Positions 1 to 9,409 of a DNA stretch of 37,905 nucleotides are shown here, piece by piece. The first letter of the stretch is position 1. Each line of letters starts with the position of its first letter. Both the position numbers and the translations under genes were made by a program. The notes beneath the pieces were generated by a model. The model was not told the origin of the DNA and did not search any database. It saw only the letters and a list, made by a program, of their open reading frames with translations. The DNA comes from an uncultured Acidimicrobiales bacterium (GTDB lineage Bacteria; Actinomycetota; Acidimicrobiia; Acidimicrobiales; SHLQ01): the NCBI GenBank assembly GCA_964612655.1, contig CAZTDG010000004.1, positions 9,600 to 47,504 of the forward strand, read 5' to 3'.

Positions 1-1855
1 ACGAACCGTTGACCTCGGTGGCGGTTGCCGCGGCGGGAAGCACAACGTCGGCGCCCGTCGAGGTGAAGTTCAACAACGTGTCGACCGAGATGAGGCTCGA
101 TACCTGCTGCAGCGCCGATTCGACGAGTGCAGTGTCGGGGAAGTCGGTGAGAGGATCTGCCCCGAGGAGAATGATGGTGTCGAATCCACCGGCGGCGGCC
201 CGACGAAGGATTTCGGAGGTGTCGTCGCCCGTGGCGGACGGGGCCTTGTCCCATGTCTCGGGAATGTCGCCCAACGGCACACGACCTGGCAGCAATCCTG
301 GGGCGAGCCCCATGTCGATTGCGCCCATGACGTTGCTGCGGTGCAAGGCCGGAAGGAATCGGGCCTCGCCGTTGGCGTTGGCGATAGCGGCCAGGGCCGT
401 TTCGATCACGCCGGGGTCGGTGCCGAGTGGTCCAGGTCCGTACACGACGGTGACCGGACCACGAAGCGCGTCTGCAAGAGCGCCCTCGGCTCCTTCAGCG
501 AGCGCATCGGAGATGTGTGCACCCAACTGGGAGAAGCGCACGATCTCGGTGGCCTTGGCGTAAGGAGCGAGTCCGCCCATTCGCGGCCCGACCTCGATCA
601 AGGTGGCCTTGTCGTTTTCGGCTGCGTGACGCAGACGCAAGAAGAGTGCGCCGTGGGTTTCCTTCGGGTCAGCGCCGAGGACCACGATGGTCCCGCCAGG
701 TGCGCAGGCCTCTGCGATGGTTGCCCGAGGCAATCCAAGGACCAGGCGGGCGTCGAGACCGTCGCCCAACTGCGCGTCGACGTTGTCGGTACCGATGACC
801 GACTTCGCGAGCTTGGCCCAGGCGTACTGGGACTCGTTCGACATGCGAGCGCCACCGATGACGGCGACACGATCGGGGTCGGTGTCCTTGAGAGCCTCGG
901 CGGCCTTCGAGAGCGCCATCGACCAGGAAGCGGCCACCAATTGATCGCCATCGTCAGCGGGCGATCCGAGGCTGTCGCCTCGTACCAGCGGCGTGGTCAC
1001 GCGAGCATCGGAGTTCCACGCTTCGAAGTTGAAGCGTTCCTTGTCGGAGAGCCAACCCCAGTTCACAGCGTCGCTGTCGACGCCGAGGTACCGAAGCACT
1101 TCGTTGCGTGAGGACTGGACGGTGATTCGAGAGCCGACCGAATCGGTCGTGGCTGTGGATGGAATCTCGGAGAGATCCCACGGACGGGCCTTAAAGCGGT
1201 AGGGCTTCGCGGTGAGGGCGCCGACCGGGCAGATCTGCACGGTGTTGCCGGAGAAGTACGAGCTGAACGGCTCGTCGGGGAACGTATTGACCTCGGTCTG
1301 GTTTCCGCGGGCCTGGAAGTGGATCAGCGGATCGCCAGCAACCTCTTTTGCGAATCGGGTGCACCGGTCGCACAAGATGCAGCGCTCTCGGTCCAAGAAG
1401 ACCGTGTCGCTGATCGGGATCGGCTTCTTGAAGTGGCGCTTCTCTTCAACGAACCGGCTTTCGCCAGGTCCGTAGGCCATTGTCTGGTCCTGCAACGGGC
1501 ACTCGCCGCCCTTGTCGCAGATCGGGCAGTCGAGCGGGTGGTTGATGAGCAGGAACTCAAGAATGCCGTCTTGGGCCTTCTTGGTTACGTCGCTCTCGGT
1601 GTCGACGGTCATGCCGTCAGAAACCGGCACCATGCAGCTCGGTTGCAAGCCCATGCCGCGGCCGGTGTCGACCTCGACAAGGCACATGCGGCACATGCCG
1701 ACTGGCTTCATACGTGGGTGGTAACAGAAGCGTGGGATGTAGACGCCGTTGCGCTCGGCGGCGTCGATCAACATCTCGCCCTTCTCGGCCGTGATCTCGT
1801 TGCCGTTGAGATTGACGGTTACGCCAGTTTCAACTTCTGGTTCAGTCGCGGTCAT
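1..1855 (-). CDS. nuoG: NADH-quinone oxidoreductase subunit G (3' part outside window)
   Basis: Not in the ORF track because it runs off the edge. Manual translation from ATG 1855 (ATGA overlap with nuoF stop): MTATEPEVETG...IPRFCYHPRMKPVGMCRMCLVE...HPLDCPICDKGGECPLQD...RERCILCDRCTRF...QICPVGAL, the N1b/N5/N4 cluster motifs. Confidence 0.96.
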   Translation of the reverse strand, partial: MTATEPEVETGVTVNLNGNEITAEKGEMLIDAAERNGVYIPRFCYHPRMKPVGMCRMCLVEVDTGRGMGLQPSCMVPVSDGMTVDTESDVTKKAQDGILEFLLINHPLDCPICDKGGECPLQDQTMAYGPGESRFVEEKRHFKKPIPISDTVFLDRERCILCDRCTRFAKEVAGDPLIHFQARGNQTEVNTFPDEPFSSYFSGNTVQICPVGALTAKPYRFKARPWDLSEIPSTATTDSVGSRITVQSSRNEVLRYLGVDSDAVNWGWLSDKERFNFEAWNSDARVTTPLVRGDSLGSPADDGDQLVAASWSMALSKAAEALKDTDPDRVAVIGGARMSNESQYAWAKLAKSVIGTDNVDAQLGDGLDARLVLGLPRATIAEACAPGGTIVVLGADPKETHGALFLRLRHAAENDKATLIEVGPRMGGLAPYAKATEIVRFSQLGAHISDALAEGAEGALADALRGPVTVVYGPGPLGTDPGVIETALAAIANANGEARFLPALHRSNVMGAIDMGLAPGLLPGRVPLGDIPETWDKAPSATGDDTSEILRRAAAGGFDTIILLGADPLTDFPDTALVESALQQVSSLISVDTLLNFTSTGADVVLPAAATATEVNGS

Positions 1856-3255
1856 TTGCCAACCTCCACTGGAGTGGGCGCCGGTTGGGCGTTCTCAATT
1901 TTCTCGTCGAACTCGTCACGGAAGCGTCGCAGCGCCGAAGTAATCGGTGCCACCGACGATGGGCCGAGCGGGCAAATGGTGGTTTGCTTCGGCGGGAACG
2001 GGACGGCTTCGAGGCCTTCGGCTTCGTGCGATGCAACCGGGTACGGCCCCGGGGAAATGTTGTCGCCGATGTCGAGCAGAAGTTCGATGTCTCCGGGACG
2101 ACCGTGACCGTCGAGGATGCGCTGGAGGATCTTCTCTTCCCAGCTGGTGCCTTCACGACACGGGGCGCACTTGCCGCACGACTCACGTGCGTAGAAACGA
2201 ACGAGACGTAACGCCGACTTCACCGCGCAGCTGGAGTCATCCATGACCATGATTGCGCCCGAACCGAGCATGGTTCCCGCAACGCCAACCGGCTTGGCCT
2301 CAAGAGGCAACCCGACCTGCTCGGGGAACAGCCAAGGAGCCGAACCGCCGCCAGGAACGAAGGCCTTCAACTCACGACCGGGCAACATGCCCTGGCAGTA
2401 GTCGTCGCCGTAGAGCAGATCTTCATAGGTGGTGACACCTTGCTCGACCTCGTAGACGCCGGGGCGCTTTACCTGGCCAGATACCGCGAACATGCGGGTT
2501 CCGGGCGAGGTCTCGGAGCCGAACTCCTTGTAGGCATCGGCGCCGTTGTTCATCAACCACGGCAAGTTCGCGAGCGTCTCGACGTTGTTCACGATCGTGG
2601 GCTGGCCATAGAGGCCAACGGCGGCCGGGAAGAACGGAGGCTTCAGGCGAGGCATGCCGCGGTTGCCTTCGAGGCTTTCGATCAGCGCGGTCTCTTCGCC
2701 AACGATGTAGGCGCCTGCGCCCCAATGGAGAACAATGTCGACCGAGAAGTCGGTGCCGAGAATGTTCTGACCGATGTAGCCGGCGGCGTACGCCTCGTTG
2801 AGCGCATCAGCGATGCGCTGCTGAGCGATAGGCATCTCGCCGCGCACGTACAAGAAGCACTGGGTGAGCCCAATCGCGTAACACGCGATGAGACAACCCT
2901 CGATGAGCTGGTGAGGATCGCGTTCCATGAGGAGGCGGTCCTTGTAGGTACCGGGCTCTGACTCATCGCCATTGACGACGAGGTAGCGAGGCCACACTTC
3001 GTCGGGGACGAAACCCCACTTGATGCCGGCAGGGAAACCTGCACCGCCGCGACCGAGCAAGGTCGCGTCTCGGGTGGTGCCGTGTACTTCAGCTGGCGTC
3101 TGCTCCAGGGCAGCTTTAATGCCCGTGTAGCCGCCGGTGGCCTCATAGCGTGCGAGCGTGTAGCTGTCCTCGTAGGTGAAACGGGACGTAACGATCTTGG
3201 TTCCCGGAGTCTCTACATAGCCCGGAGCGTGCGGGACGTAATCACCGATGGCCAT
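1852..3255 (-). CDS. nuoF: NADH-quinone oxidoreductase subunit F (FMN, N3)
   Basis: GRGGAGFPAGIKW, NGDESEPGTYKDR, GAGAYIVGEETAL, ESCGKCAPCREG...TICPLG. Start placed at ATG 3255 (TAATG overlap with nuoE stop) rather than 3285. Confidence 0.96.
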   Translation of the reverse strand: MAIGDYVPHAPGYVETPGTKIVTSRFTYEDSYTLARYEATGGYTGIKAALEQTPAEVHGTTRDATLLGRGGAGFPAGIKWGFVPDEVWPRYLVVNGDESEPGTYKDRLLMERDPHQLIEGCLIACYAIGLTQCFLYVRGEMPIAQQRIADALNEAYAAGYIGQNILGTDFSVDIVLHWGAGAYIVGEETALIESLEGNRGMPRLKPPFFPAAVGLYGQPTIVNNVETLANLPWLMNNGADAYKEFGSETSPGTRMFAVSGQVKRPGVYEVEQGVTTYEDLLYGDDYCQGMLPGRELKAFVPGGGSAPWLFPEQVGLPLEAKPVGVAGTMLGSGAIMVMDDSSCAVKSALRLVRFYARESCGKCAPCREGTSWEEKILQRILDGHGRPGDIELLLDIGDNISPGPYPVASHEAEGLEAVPFPPKQTTICPLGPSSVAPITSALRRFRDEFDEKIENAQPAPTPVEVGK

Positions 3256-3899
3256 TAGCTGTCCTTCGCTGCAGCGGTAAGCCATACCGGTGCTTCGTTG
3301 ACGAGTTCGGGAGCGATGATGTGCGCCGTCTGCTCTTCGGTCATGTGCTGGCGCGCAAGCCCCAATGTGCCGTGGCTCGGAATTGGCTCACCGGGGTTCG
3401 CGGTGATCAGCTTCTCGGGCGTGTTGCCCGCACGAAGCGCCGCAATGATGTCGTCGAGATCATCGGTGGTCAACCGCATGCCGAACCGGTAGTTCACCTG
3501 GATGCAGGGAGCTTCGGTGCAGGCCGCGATGCACTCGACATCTTCGATGGTGAACATGCCGTCTTCGGTCGTTCCGCCAGCGCGGATACCGAGCGTCTGT
3601 TCGGCGTGGTGCAACAACTCTTCGGCGCCGAGCAGCTGGCACGAAAGGTTGGTGCAGATGTTGATCATGTATTTGCCAACGGGATGCAGCTTGAACATCT
3701 CGTAGAACGTGCAGGTACCACGAACCTCCGCAGGGGTGACTCCCACGAGTTCGGCGAGATGCGCCATGGCCTCGTCAGACACCCAGCCATCTTGTTCTTG
3801 GGCCAAATGCAGCAGCGGAATCAGCGCGGACTTCGGCCGCGGATACCGGCGAATCACGTCGTGCGCGAGCGCAACGTTGTCTTCATTCAATCTACTCAT
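3255..3899 (-). CDS. nuoE: NADH-quinone oxidoreductase subunit E ([2Fe-2S] N1a)
   Basis: SALIPLLHLAQEQDGW, CTNLSC...ECIAAC; lies between nuoD and nuoF. Confidence 0.95.
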   Translation of the reverse strand: MSRLNEDNVALAHDVIRRYPRPKSALIPLLHLAQEQDGWVSDEAMAHLAELVGVTPAEVRGTCTFYEMFKLHPVGKYMINICTNLSCQLLGAEELLHHAEQTLGIRAGGTTEDGMFTIEDVECIAACTEAPCIQVNYRFGMRLTTDDLDDIIAALRAGNTPEKLITANPGEPIPSHGTLGLARQHMTEEQTAHIIAPELVNEAPVWLTAAAKDS

Positions 3900-3909
3900 G
3901 CGACAGACC

Positions 3910-5217
3910 TCACCGATCTACCTCGCCCATAATCGGGTCAACACTCGAAATATTTGCAACGGCGTCCGCGAGCAGACCGTTCTCCATCAAGTGTGGCAAC
4001 ACCTGCAAGTTGATGAAGCTCGGCGGGCGAACTCGCATGCGATACGGGTTCGATGACCCGTCCGACACGATGTAGACACCCAGCTCGCCACGCGGACTCT
4101 CGACCGCGGCGTACGCCTCGCCGACGGGAACTTTGAACCCCTCGGTGAAGATCTTGAAATGGTGGATCAGCGCTTCCATGGACTCATCGATTCGAGCCCG
4201 AGGTGGAGGGGTGACCTTCTTGTCTTGGACGCGGTAGTCGCCCGGTGGCATTTTCTCCACGCACTGGCGCACGATCTTGATCGACTCTTCGATCTCGGCG
4301 AGCTTGATCGCAAACCGGTCAAAGCAATCGCCATAGCTGCCTACGGGAACGTCGAAATCGACTTCGTCGTACGCGAGATACGGCATGTCACGACGAAGAT
4401 CCCAGCTACTACCCGCTGCACGCAGCAATGGCCCGGTCGTACCCAATGCGAGGCACTCGGCCTCGTTCAAGATGCCGACCCCTTGGAGGCGGTCGCGCCA
4501 CAGTGGCTGACCGTTCATCAAGATGTGGTACTCCTCGAGCCGAGGCTCGATGGCATCCATAAGGGCAATGACGTCGGTTTCCCAACCATCGGGAAGATCG
4601 GCGGCCACGCCGCCAGGACGGATGTAGTTGTGGTTCATGCGAAGGCCAGTGACCTTCTCAAAGAACCGCAGTACCGGCTCGCGCTCACGCCAGCCGTAAA
4701 TGATCATCGAGACCGCACCGAGATCGAGGCCGTTGGTGGCCATGAACAACAGGTGCGACGAGATCCGGTTCAGCTCGCACATGAGCATGCGGATCCAGGT
4801 AGCTCGTGCCGGAATTTCCAAACCGAGCAGCTTCTCGGTAGCGAGAGAGAACGCCAATTCGGTGAACAGCGGCGCCGCGTAATCCATCCGGGTCACATTG
4901 GTGCAGCCCTGAAGGTAGGTCAGGTCCTCGCCGGTCTTTTCCATGCCGGTGTGGAGATAGCCAATGATGGGCTTGGAACGAAGGACCGTCTCGCCCTGCA
5001 TCTCCAACATCAGGCGAAGCACGCCGTGAGTCGACGGGTGCGACGGACCCATGTTGATGATCATCTTGGTATCGCCGATGTCATCGGTGGGGTCTAGCGA
5101 AAGTGCGGAGGCCTCGGTCTCGGACAGCCGAAGTACGGCGTTCTCCCGACCGCTGACGCGATCGGCGGTCCCGACGCTTTCGTCGAGTTCGGAACTCTCT
5201 TGTTCTGCAATAGTCAT
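3910..5217 (-). CDS. nuoD: NADH-quinone oxidoreductase subunit D
   Basis: NMGPSHPSTHGVLRL, GYLHTGMEK, ESPRGELG, C-terminal DPIMGEVDR. Confidence 0.97.
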   Translation of the reverse strand: MTIAEQESSELDESVGTADRVSGRENAVLRLSETEASALSLDPTDDIGDTKMIINMGPSHPSTHGVLRLMLEMQGETVLRSKPIIGYLHTGMEKTGEDLTYLQGCTNVTRMDYAAPLFTELAFSLATEKLLGLEIPARATWIRMLMCELNRISSHLLFMATNGLDLGAVSMIIYGWREREPVLRFFEKVTGLRMNHNYIRPGGVAADLPDGWETDVIALMDAIEPRLEEYHILMNGQPLWRDRLQGVGILNEAECLALGTTGPLLRAAGSSWDLRRDMPYLAYDEVDFDVPVGSYGDCFDRFAIKLAEIEESIKIVRQCVEKMPPGDYRVQDKKVTPPPRARIDESMEALIHHFKIFTEGFKVPVGEAYAAVESPRGELGVYIVSDGSSNPYRMRVRPPSFINLQVLPHLMENGLLADAVANISSVDPIMGEVDR

Positions 5218-5230
5218 CGAATCATCCGGC

Positions 5231-5800
5231 TCATGTGCGTCCCGGCGCGTCTTTGAATGCCACGGGGATCGCGCCGATGTCGTAGTCCTTGCGAAGTGGG
5301 TGACCGTTCCATGATTCAGGCATCAGGATCCGGCTCATGTCGGGATGGTCAGCAAAGACGATGCCGTACATGTCAAAGGTTTCACGTTCGAGCGCCTCGG
5401 TACCTGGGAAGAGGTCGAACAAGGTCGGAACCTCGGTACCTTCGGCGACTTGGAGGCGAATCCGAACTCGTTCGCGGCGAACCTGACTGAGCAAGCTCAC
5501 GACCACTTCGAATCGCTCGGGAGTGACGCTTGCTGGCAAGTCGCTGCGCTGGTGATGGAGATAGTCGACACCGAACAGGTCGGTGATGGTGCTGAAACCG
5601 TCTTCTTTGAGTTCCGAAACAAGATCTTCGTAGTCGTCGATTCCGGGGAACAGAACCGCATCGCCGAACGCCTCGCCAGCGGGCACGCCATAGCGTTGGT
5701 CCGCGCCGGCTTGGGCAGGCGAATCTTCGGTGTCGGTCTCTTCGACGACCTCTTCTTCGACCGGGGCTTCGGTTTCTGTGTCTTCGCTCGCCTCAGCCAT
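5231..5800 (-). CDS. nuoC: NADH-quinone oxidoreductase subunit C
   Basis: ERETFDMYGIVFADHPDMSRILMPESWNGHPLRKDY. Start moved to ATG 5800, 1 nt after the nuoB stop; the track start at 5980 overlaps nuoB. Confidence 0.93.
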   Translation of the reverse strand: MAEASEDTETEAPVEEEVVEETDTEDSPAQAGADQRYGVPAGEAFGDAVLFPGIDDYEDLVSELKEDGFSTITDLFGVDYLHHQRSDLPASVTPERFEVVVSLLSQVRRERVRIRLQVAEGTEVPTLFDLFPGTEALERETFDMYGIVFADHPDMSRILMPESWNGHPLRKDYDIGAIPVAFKDAPGRT

Positions 5801-5801
5801 C

Positions 5802-6398
5802 TCAGCTTCGACCAATCGCAACGGCGGTTTGACCGTCGCGCTGGGCGACTTCGATGCCAGCGCCGCCACCGGTTGCTTCGCGGCGGCGCAGAATTTCGCC
5901 GGTTTCGATGCTGTTATGCAGCGTGAAGATCGCGTGCAAGAGGGTTTCTGGTCCTGGAGGGCAGCCCGGGGCGTAGACATCGACGGGAACTACCTGATCG
6001 ACACCTTGGACGAGGGCGTAGTTGTTGAACATGCCGCCACTCGACGCGCAGACGCCCATAGAGATGACCCACTTGGGTTCAGCCATCTGGTCGTAAATCG
6101 TGCGTAGTACCGGCGCCATCTTTTGCGATACTCGACCGGCAACGATCATGAGGTCGGCCTGGCGTGGCGAAGCTCGGAACACTTCCATGCCGTAGCGAGC
6201 CATGTCGTAGTGAGCTGCGCCTGTCGCCATCATCTCGATCGCGCAGCACGCAAGGCCAAACGTCGCCGGCCACGTGCTTCGAGCACGAGACCAATTGACG
6301 AGGTCTTCGACCCGGCCTGTTACGAAGTTGTGTTCGAGGCCAGCGAGGCCGTCGTCAACAACGCCACGCCCCGTGGCTTCATCTTGAAAGAGTCCCAT
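5802..6398 (-). CDS. nuoB: NADH-quinone oxidoreductase subunit B (N2 cluster)
   Basis: [47 protein letters not shown]. Confidence 0.97.
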   Translation of the reverse strand: MGLFQDEATGRGVVDDGLAGLEHNFVTGRVEDLVNWSRARSTWPATFGLACCAIEMMATGAAHYDMARYGMEVFRASPRQADLMIVAGRVSQKMAPVLRTIYDQMAEPKWVISMGVCASSGGMFNNYALVQGVDQVVPVDVYAPGCPPGPETLLHAIFTLHNSIETGEILRRREATGGGAGIEVAQRDGQTAVAIGRS

Positions 6399-6868
6399 TA
6401 GGCACCCTCAGATGAAGCTGCGTAATCCTCGCGACCCTCGACGCCAACCTTACGGATGGTCGAGCGTGTGGTGCGTCCCTCAGACACGGCTGCGGTAAGG
6501 CGGCGAGCCTGGTGGACGGGGCCCCATTCGAGCGCCCCATTACCAATGAGGTAGACGAATGATTCAAAGACCGCTGCGGTGAAGATCAGGATCGCCAGGA
6601 AGCCAAACGTTCCCAGGCTCGCGTTAGCGACAGCCCATGGATAGAAGAAGATCAATTCGATATCGAACACAATGAAGATCATCGCGATGAGAAAGAACCG
6701 AACGGGGAACCGCTCTGGTGTGTCCTTCGCAGGCTCAATTCCGCACTCATAGGCGGAGTTCTTCTTATCGTTCGGACGCTTCGGAGCGAGCAGCTTGTTC
6801 ACGGGAAAGCTAAGTGCAGCGAACAAGACCCCTAGAGCACCAAGCGCGACTAACGGCAAATATTGCAT
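6398..6868 (-). CDS. nuoA: NADH-quinone oxidoreductase subunit A
   Basis: [34 protein letters not shown]; three hydrophobic segments; TAATG overlap with nuoB. Confidence 0.96.
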   Translation of the reverse strand: MQYLPLVALGALGVLFAALSFPVNKLLAPKRPNDKKNSAYECGIEPAKDTPERFPVRFFLIAMIFIVFDIELIFFYPWAVANASLGTFGFLAILIFTAAVFESFVYLIGNGALEWGPVHQARRLTAAVSEGRTTRSTIRKVGVEGREDYAASSEGA

Positions 6869-6874
6869 GACAAT

Positions 6875-7963
6875 CTAACCCTCGTTTGAGAACGCTTCTA
6901 CTCGTCTCATCGTTGCGATGTCGCGGAAGTGAAGCAGATAGACGAGCGCAGTGAAAATAAGTAGCGATCCTAGTGTGATCATGGCTGGTGGGAACCGGAG
7001 ATTGCCCAGTTCACGGACCATAACCACCGAAATGACCGGTGCATCTTCATCAACTCGTGGGAACGGTGGCGCTTCACCCTCACGGGTAATCAGCGCCTCG
7101 GCGTCGATCGCTTGAAGCTGAACGACGGAGTATTCGGTTGGATTCCTAATCCGTGCGGAATTTGCGATCCAGTGCCAGCCACGGCGCAGGTTATCGGTAC
7201 AGAAGGTGCAAAGAAGATCGATGTCGCGATCGAGGCGAGGCTTGCCGCCGGTACGGAATGCATCAAGGAAGCGGAACTCGGCCTGCGAGTCGAACGGGAA
7301 GCCATCTTCTTCGAGGATCGCTGCGCCAGCGGTGGTCTGGGCCTCGCCAGCCTCGCCGGTGCTCAAAATTTCCCAGCCATTGAGGTCCGGCAGGACTCGG
7401 GTCTGCCCGTCTGCTCCCGGAATCTCGCCGGCAGCGAACGCCTGCTCGACGAAGTCGGGCGCAACCGAGAAGACCTGCGAGATGGTGGTCGAATCGTTGC
7501 GCTGGAGCTGGCGAATGGTTTCGGCGGTAATCTCATCGGCCGTCATCTGTGCGGCGGCGTCAGAGAACTCGTCGAACTCGTCGACGAATTCGGCCATCTC
7601 TTCAACGCCCTCCGCCATACCAAAGTTCGCGATATCGATGCCGAGCCCCTCTAGATCTGCGGCAATAGGGAGATCTCGGGCACGTTCCACGGATGATTCA
7701 GTGATGTCGGTGCGGTTGAAGTCCTGGACGACCCAAGAGACCGAGTCGCCAACGAAACCGATTCCACGGATCCACCAGAAGGCCCCCATGATGACCATCC
7801 AGCCAAAGAACGCTGCGATGCAAAGCAGTGCTGCCAGGCGTGCGCCTTGGTTGGTAGCCATGATCATCCAGACCGAACCAAACAACACGATGGCGCCGAC
7901 AGCGACAACGAGGGCACCGCGAATCTCGGGGTCGAACCCGATCTGTGCGAGAAGTGAAGTCAC
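6875..7963 (-). CDS. Uncharacterised membrane protein (2 N-terminal TM, large acidic loop, C-terminal TM)
   Basis: Open frame with hydrophobic segments; probable GTG start at 7963 overlapping the upstream TAG (TAGTG); ends 6 bp before nuoA. Confidence 0.85.
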   Translation of the reverse strand: MTSLLAQIGFDPEIRGALVVAVGAIVLFGSVWMIMATNQGARLAALLCIAAFFGWMVIMGAFWWIRGIGFVGDSVSWVVQDFNRTDITESSVERARDLPIAADLEGLGIDIANFGMAEGVEEMAEFVDEFDEFSDAAAQMTADEITAETIRQLQRNDSTTISQVFSVAPDFVEQAFAAGEIPGADGQTRVLPDLNGWEILSTGEAGEAQTTAGAAILEEDGFPFDSQAEFRFLDAFRTGGKPRLDRDIDLLCTFCTDNLRRGWHWIANSARIRNPTEYSVVQLQAIDAEALITREGEAPPFPRVDEDAPVISVVMVRELGNLRFPPAMITLGSLLIFTALVYLLHFRDIATMRRVEAFSNEG

Positions 7964-9306
7964 TACAGGCTCCTCTCGTATGCAACGATCGCGGCGATCT
8001 GATCTTCGGTGAGGCTCGCTGGCCATTCGACCGAGACCTCGACGAATTCCTGCAAGGTCGGATCAAAGACTTCTTCGACCAGGCCGGAGTCTTGGCGAGC
8101 GCCAAAGCCCGGCATCTGACCACTGCCCTGTCCCGCGTTGCCGTATTGAATTCCAAGCTCGGAGCCCGAGGCGATGAATGCTTCCATCGTCGCCACTGCC
8201 GGGAACTGACCGAGCGTGCCGCCGTTGGTCAGGTTCGGACCGAACCAGCCGCCGCCTTGTTGGTGACCGGGAACTTGATTTCCGGCCTCGTCGGTCACGG
8301 TGGTCAGGACTTCGCCGTCGACGTTGATGTCGTTGGCTCCATCGAAGGACCAGCCTGCGGTATGGCATCGAGCGCAACCGTATGCGCCGGCGTCGGCCCG
8401 ATTGGTGAAGAGCAGCTCGCCGTAGGTGAGGTACTCGGGATGCTCGGGATCGGAGATCTCGTCGAGCCAGTCCGTCAATGCGTCGGTCGGGAAGAGCTCC
8501 CCGAGTTCAGCCTGCAGGGAGCCAAGCTCGCCTTGGGCCTCTTCGATATTGGAACCGACACCGGTCTGCGAGGCCCGCTGCACATTCAGGCGAGCTTCTT
8601 GGAGGCGATCGGACAGTTCGGGATCTCGGCTAACCATCTCGAGTCGCGCGCCCTCTACGAGGCCATCTTGCACGGAGTTCTGCACCGAATCGAAGTCTCG
8701 CTGTGTGGTGCGAAGGTAGACGATCAGAATCTCGAGCTGCTGCGTGGTGAGCGGGCCACCACCGGGAGCGCCCCATGCGGGCATTACGCCATTTCTTCCG
8801 AAGTTAAGCGTGTGGAGGACTTCGTCCTCAGAGAAGCGGGTTAGTACCGATGTGAGCGAGGGAGCTACCCAGTCAACAGAAGAAATGAATTCACCGGTTC
8901 CGGCTTCGGTGATCGCGAACGCGACCGTACCGCCAGCACCGCCACCACCGTGGCAAGACGAGCACGCTTCTTCGAATTCTTCAGCGCCGTCTTCCGCCCA
9001 TAATTCGAGCGTGTTTTCCACCAAGCCCTCTTGGCGGCCGGGCTCACCCAGCCAGTACAGCGGAAGGGCAATTCCGATGATCGAGAGGAGCGCCAACCCC
9101 GAAAGCAAGCTCTGATCGAGCTTGCGTGTTTCCAAGATGTCGTCGTCGTGGTACGGCTTTCGATTGGCCGCCAACTCGATCTCTGCACCTCCCTCGCCTC
9201 GAGAGTCGAGGAGGTTGAAAAACAGATAGACGATGAAGCCGATAATGACGATGGCGAGGATGACGAAGCCAACGTCGCGTGCGGCGCTCTGGGCAAGAAA
9301 CATCAC
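7963..9306 (-). CDS. Membrane-anchored diheme c-type cytochrome
   Basis: Two N-terminal TM segments, CSSCH...VMPAWG and CARCH...GQMPGFG (two CxxCH plus distal Met motifs). Confidence 0.92.
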   Translation of the reverse strand: MMFLAQSAARDVGFVILAIVIIGFIVYLFFNLLDSRGEGGAEIELAANRKPYHDDDILETRKLDQSLLSGLALLSIIGIALPLYWLGEPGRQEGLVENTLELWAEDGAEEFEEACSSCHGGGGAGGTVAFAITEAGTGEFISSVDWVAPSLTSVLTRFSEDEVLHTLNFGRNGVMPAWGAPGGGPLTTQQLEILIVYLRTTQRDFDSVQNSVQDGLVEGARLEMVSRDPELSDRLQEARLNVQRASQTGVGSNIEEAQGELGSLQAELGELFPTDALTDWLDEISDPEHPEYLTYGELLFTNRADAGAYGCARCHTAGWSFDGANDINVDGEVLTTVTDEAGNQVPGHQQGGGWFGPNLTNGGTLGQFPAVATMEAFIASGSELGIQYGNAGQGSGQMPGFGARQDSGLVEEVFDPTLQEFVEVSVEWPASLTEDQIAAIVAYERSL

Positions 9307-9318
9307 AGTCTTAAACTA
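9307..9318 (-). promoter_or_regulatory. Putative -10 element (TAGTTT) 6 nt before the GTG of the diheme cytochrome c gene; leaderless-type start
   Basis: Minus strand reads TAGTTT-aagact-GTG ATG with no Shine-Dalgarno; it follows a terminator. Confidence 0.45.
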
Positions 9319-9355
9319 GGGGAATATCGCGCGTAAAACTCTGTTTAGGGGGGGC

Positions 9356-9397
9356 AAAAATATGAGAACGAGGTCACGTTTCCGTAACCTCGTTCTC
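9356..9397 (-). terminator. Intrinsic terminator after the Rieske gene
   Basis: Minus transcript GAGAACGAGGUUACG-GAAA-CGUGACCUCGUUCUC-AUAUUUUU: 15-bp stem with one G-U pair, GNRA loop, U tract. Confidence 0.8.
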
Positions 9398-9409
9398 TAA
9401 GTGAATAAA

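Noticed and set aside
9-2107. Plus-strand ORFs 9..563, 341..1111, 1319..2107
   Set aside because: Antisense shadows of nuoG/nuoF, whose minus frame carries all expected motifs.
7190-7215. CTFC as a heme c site
   Set aside because: Followed by T, not H; not a CxxCH motif.
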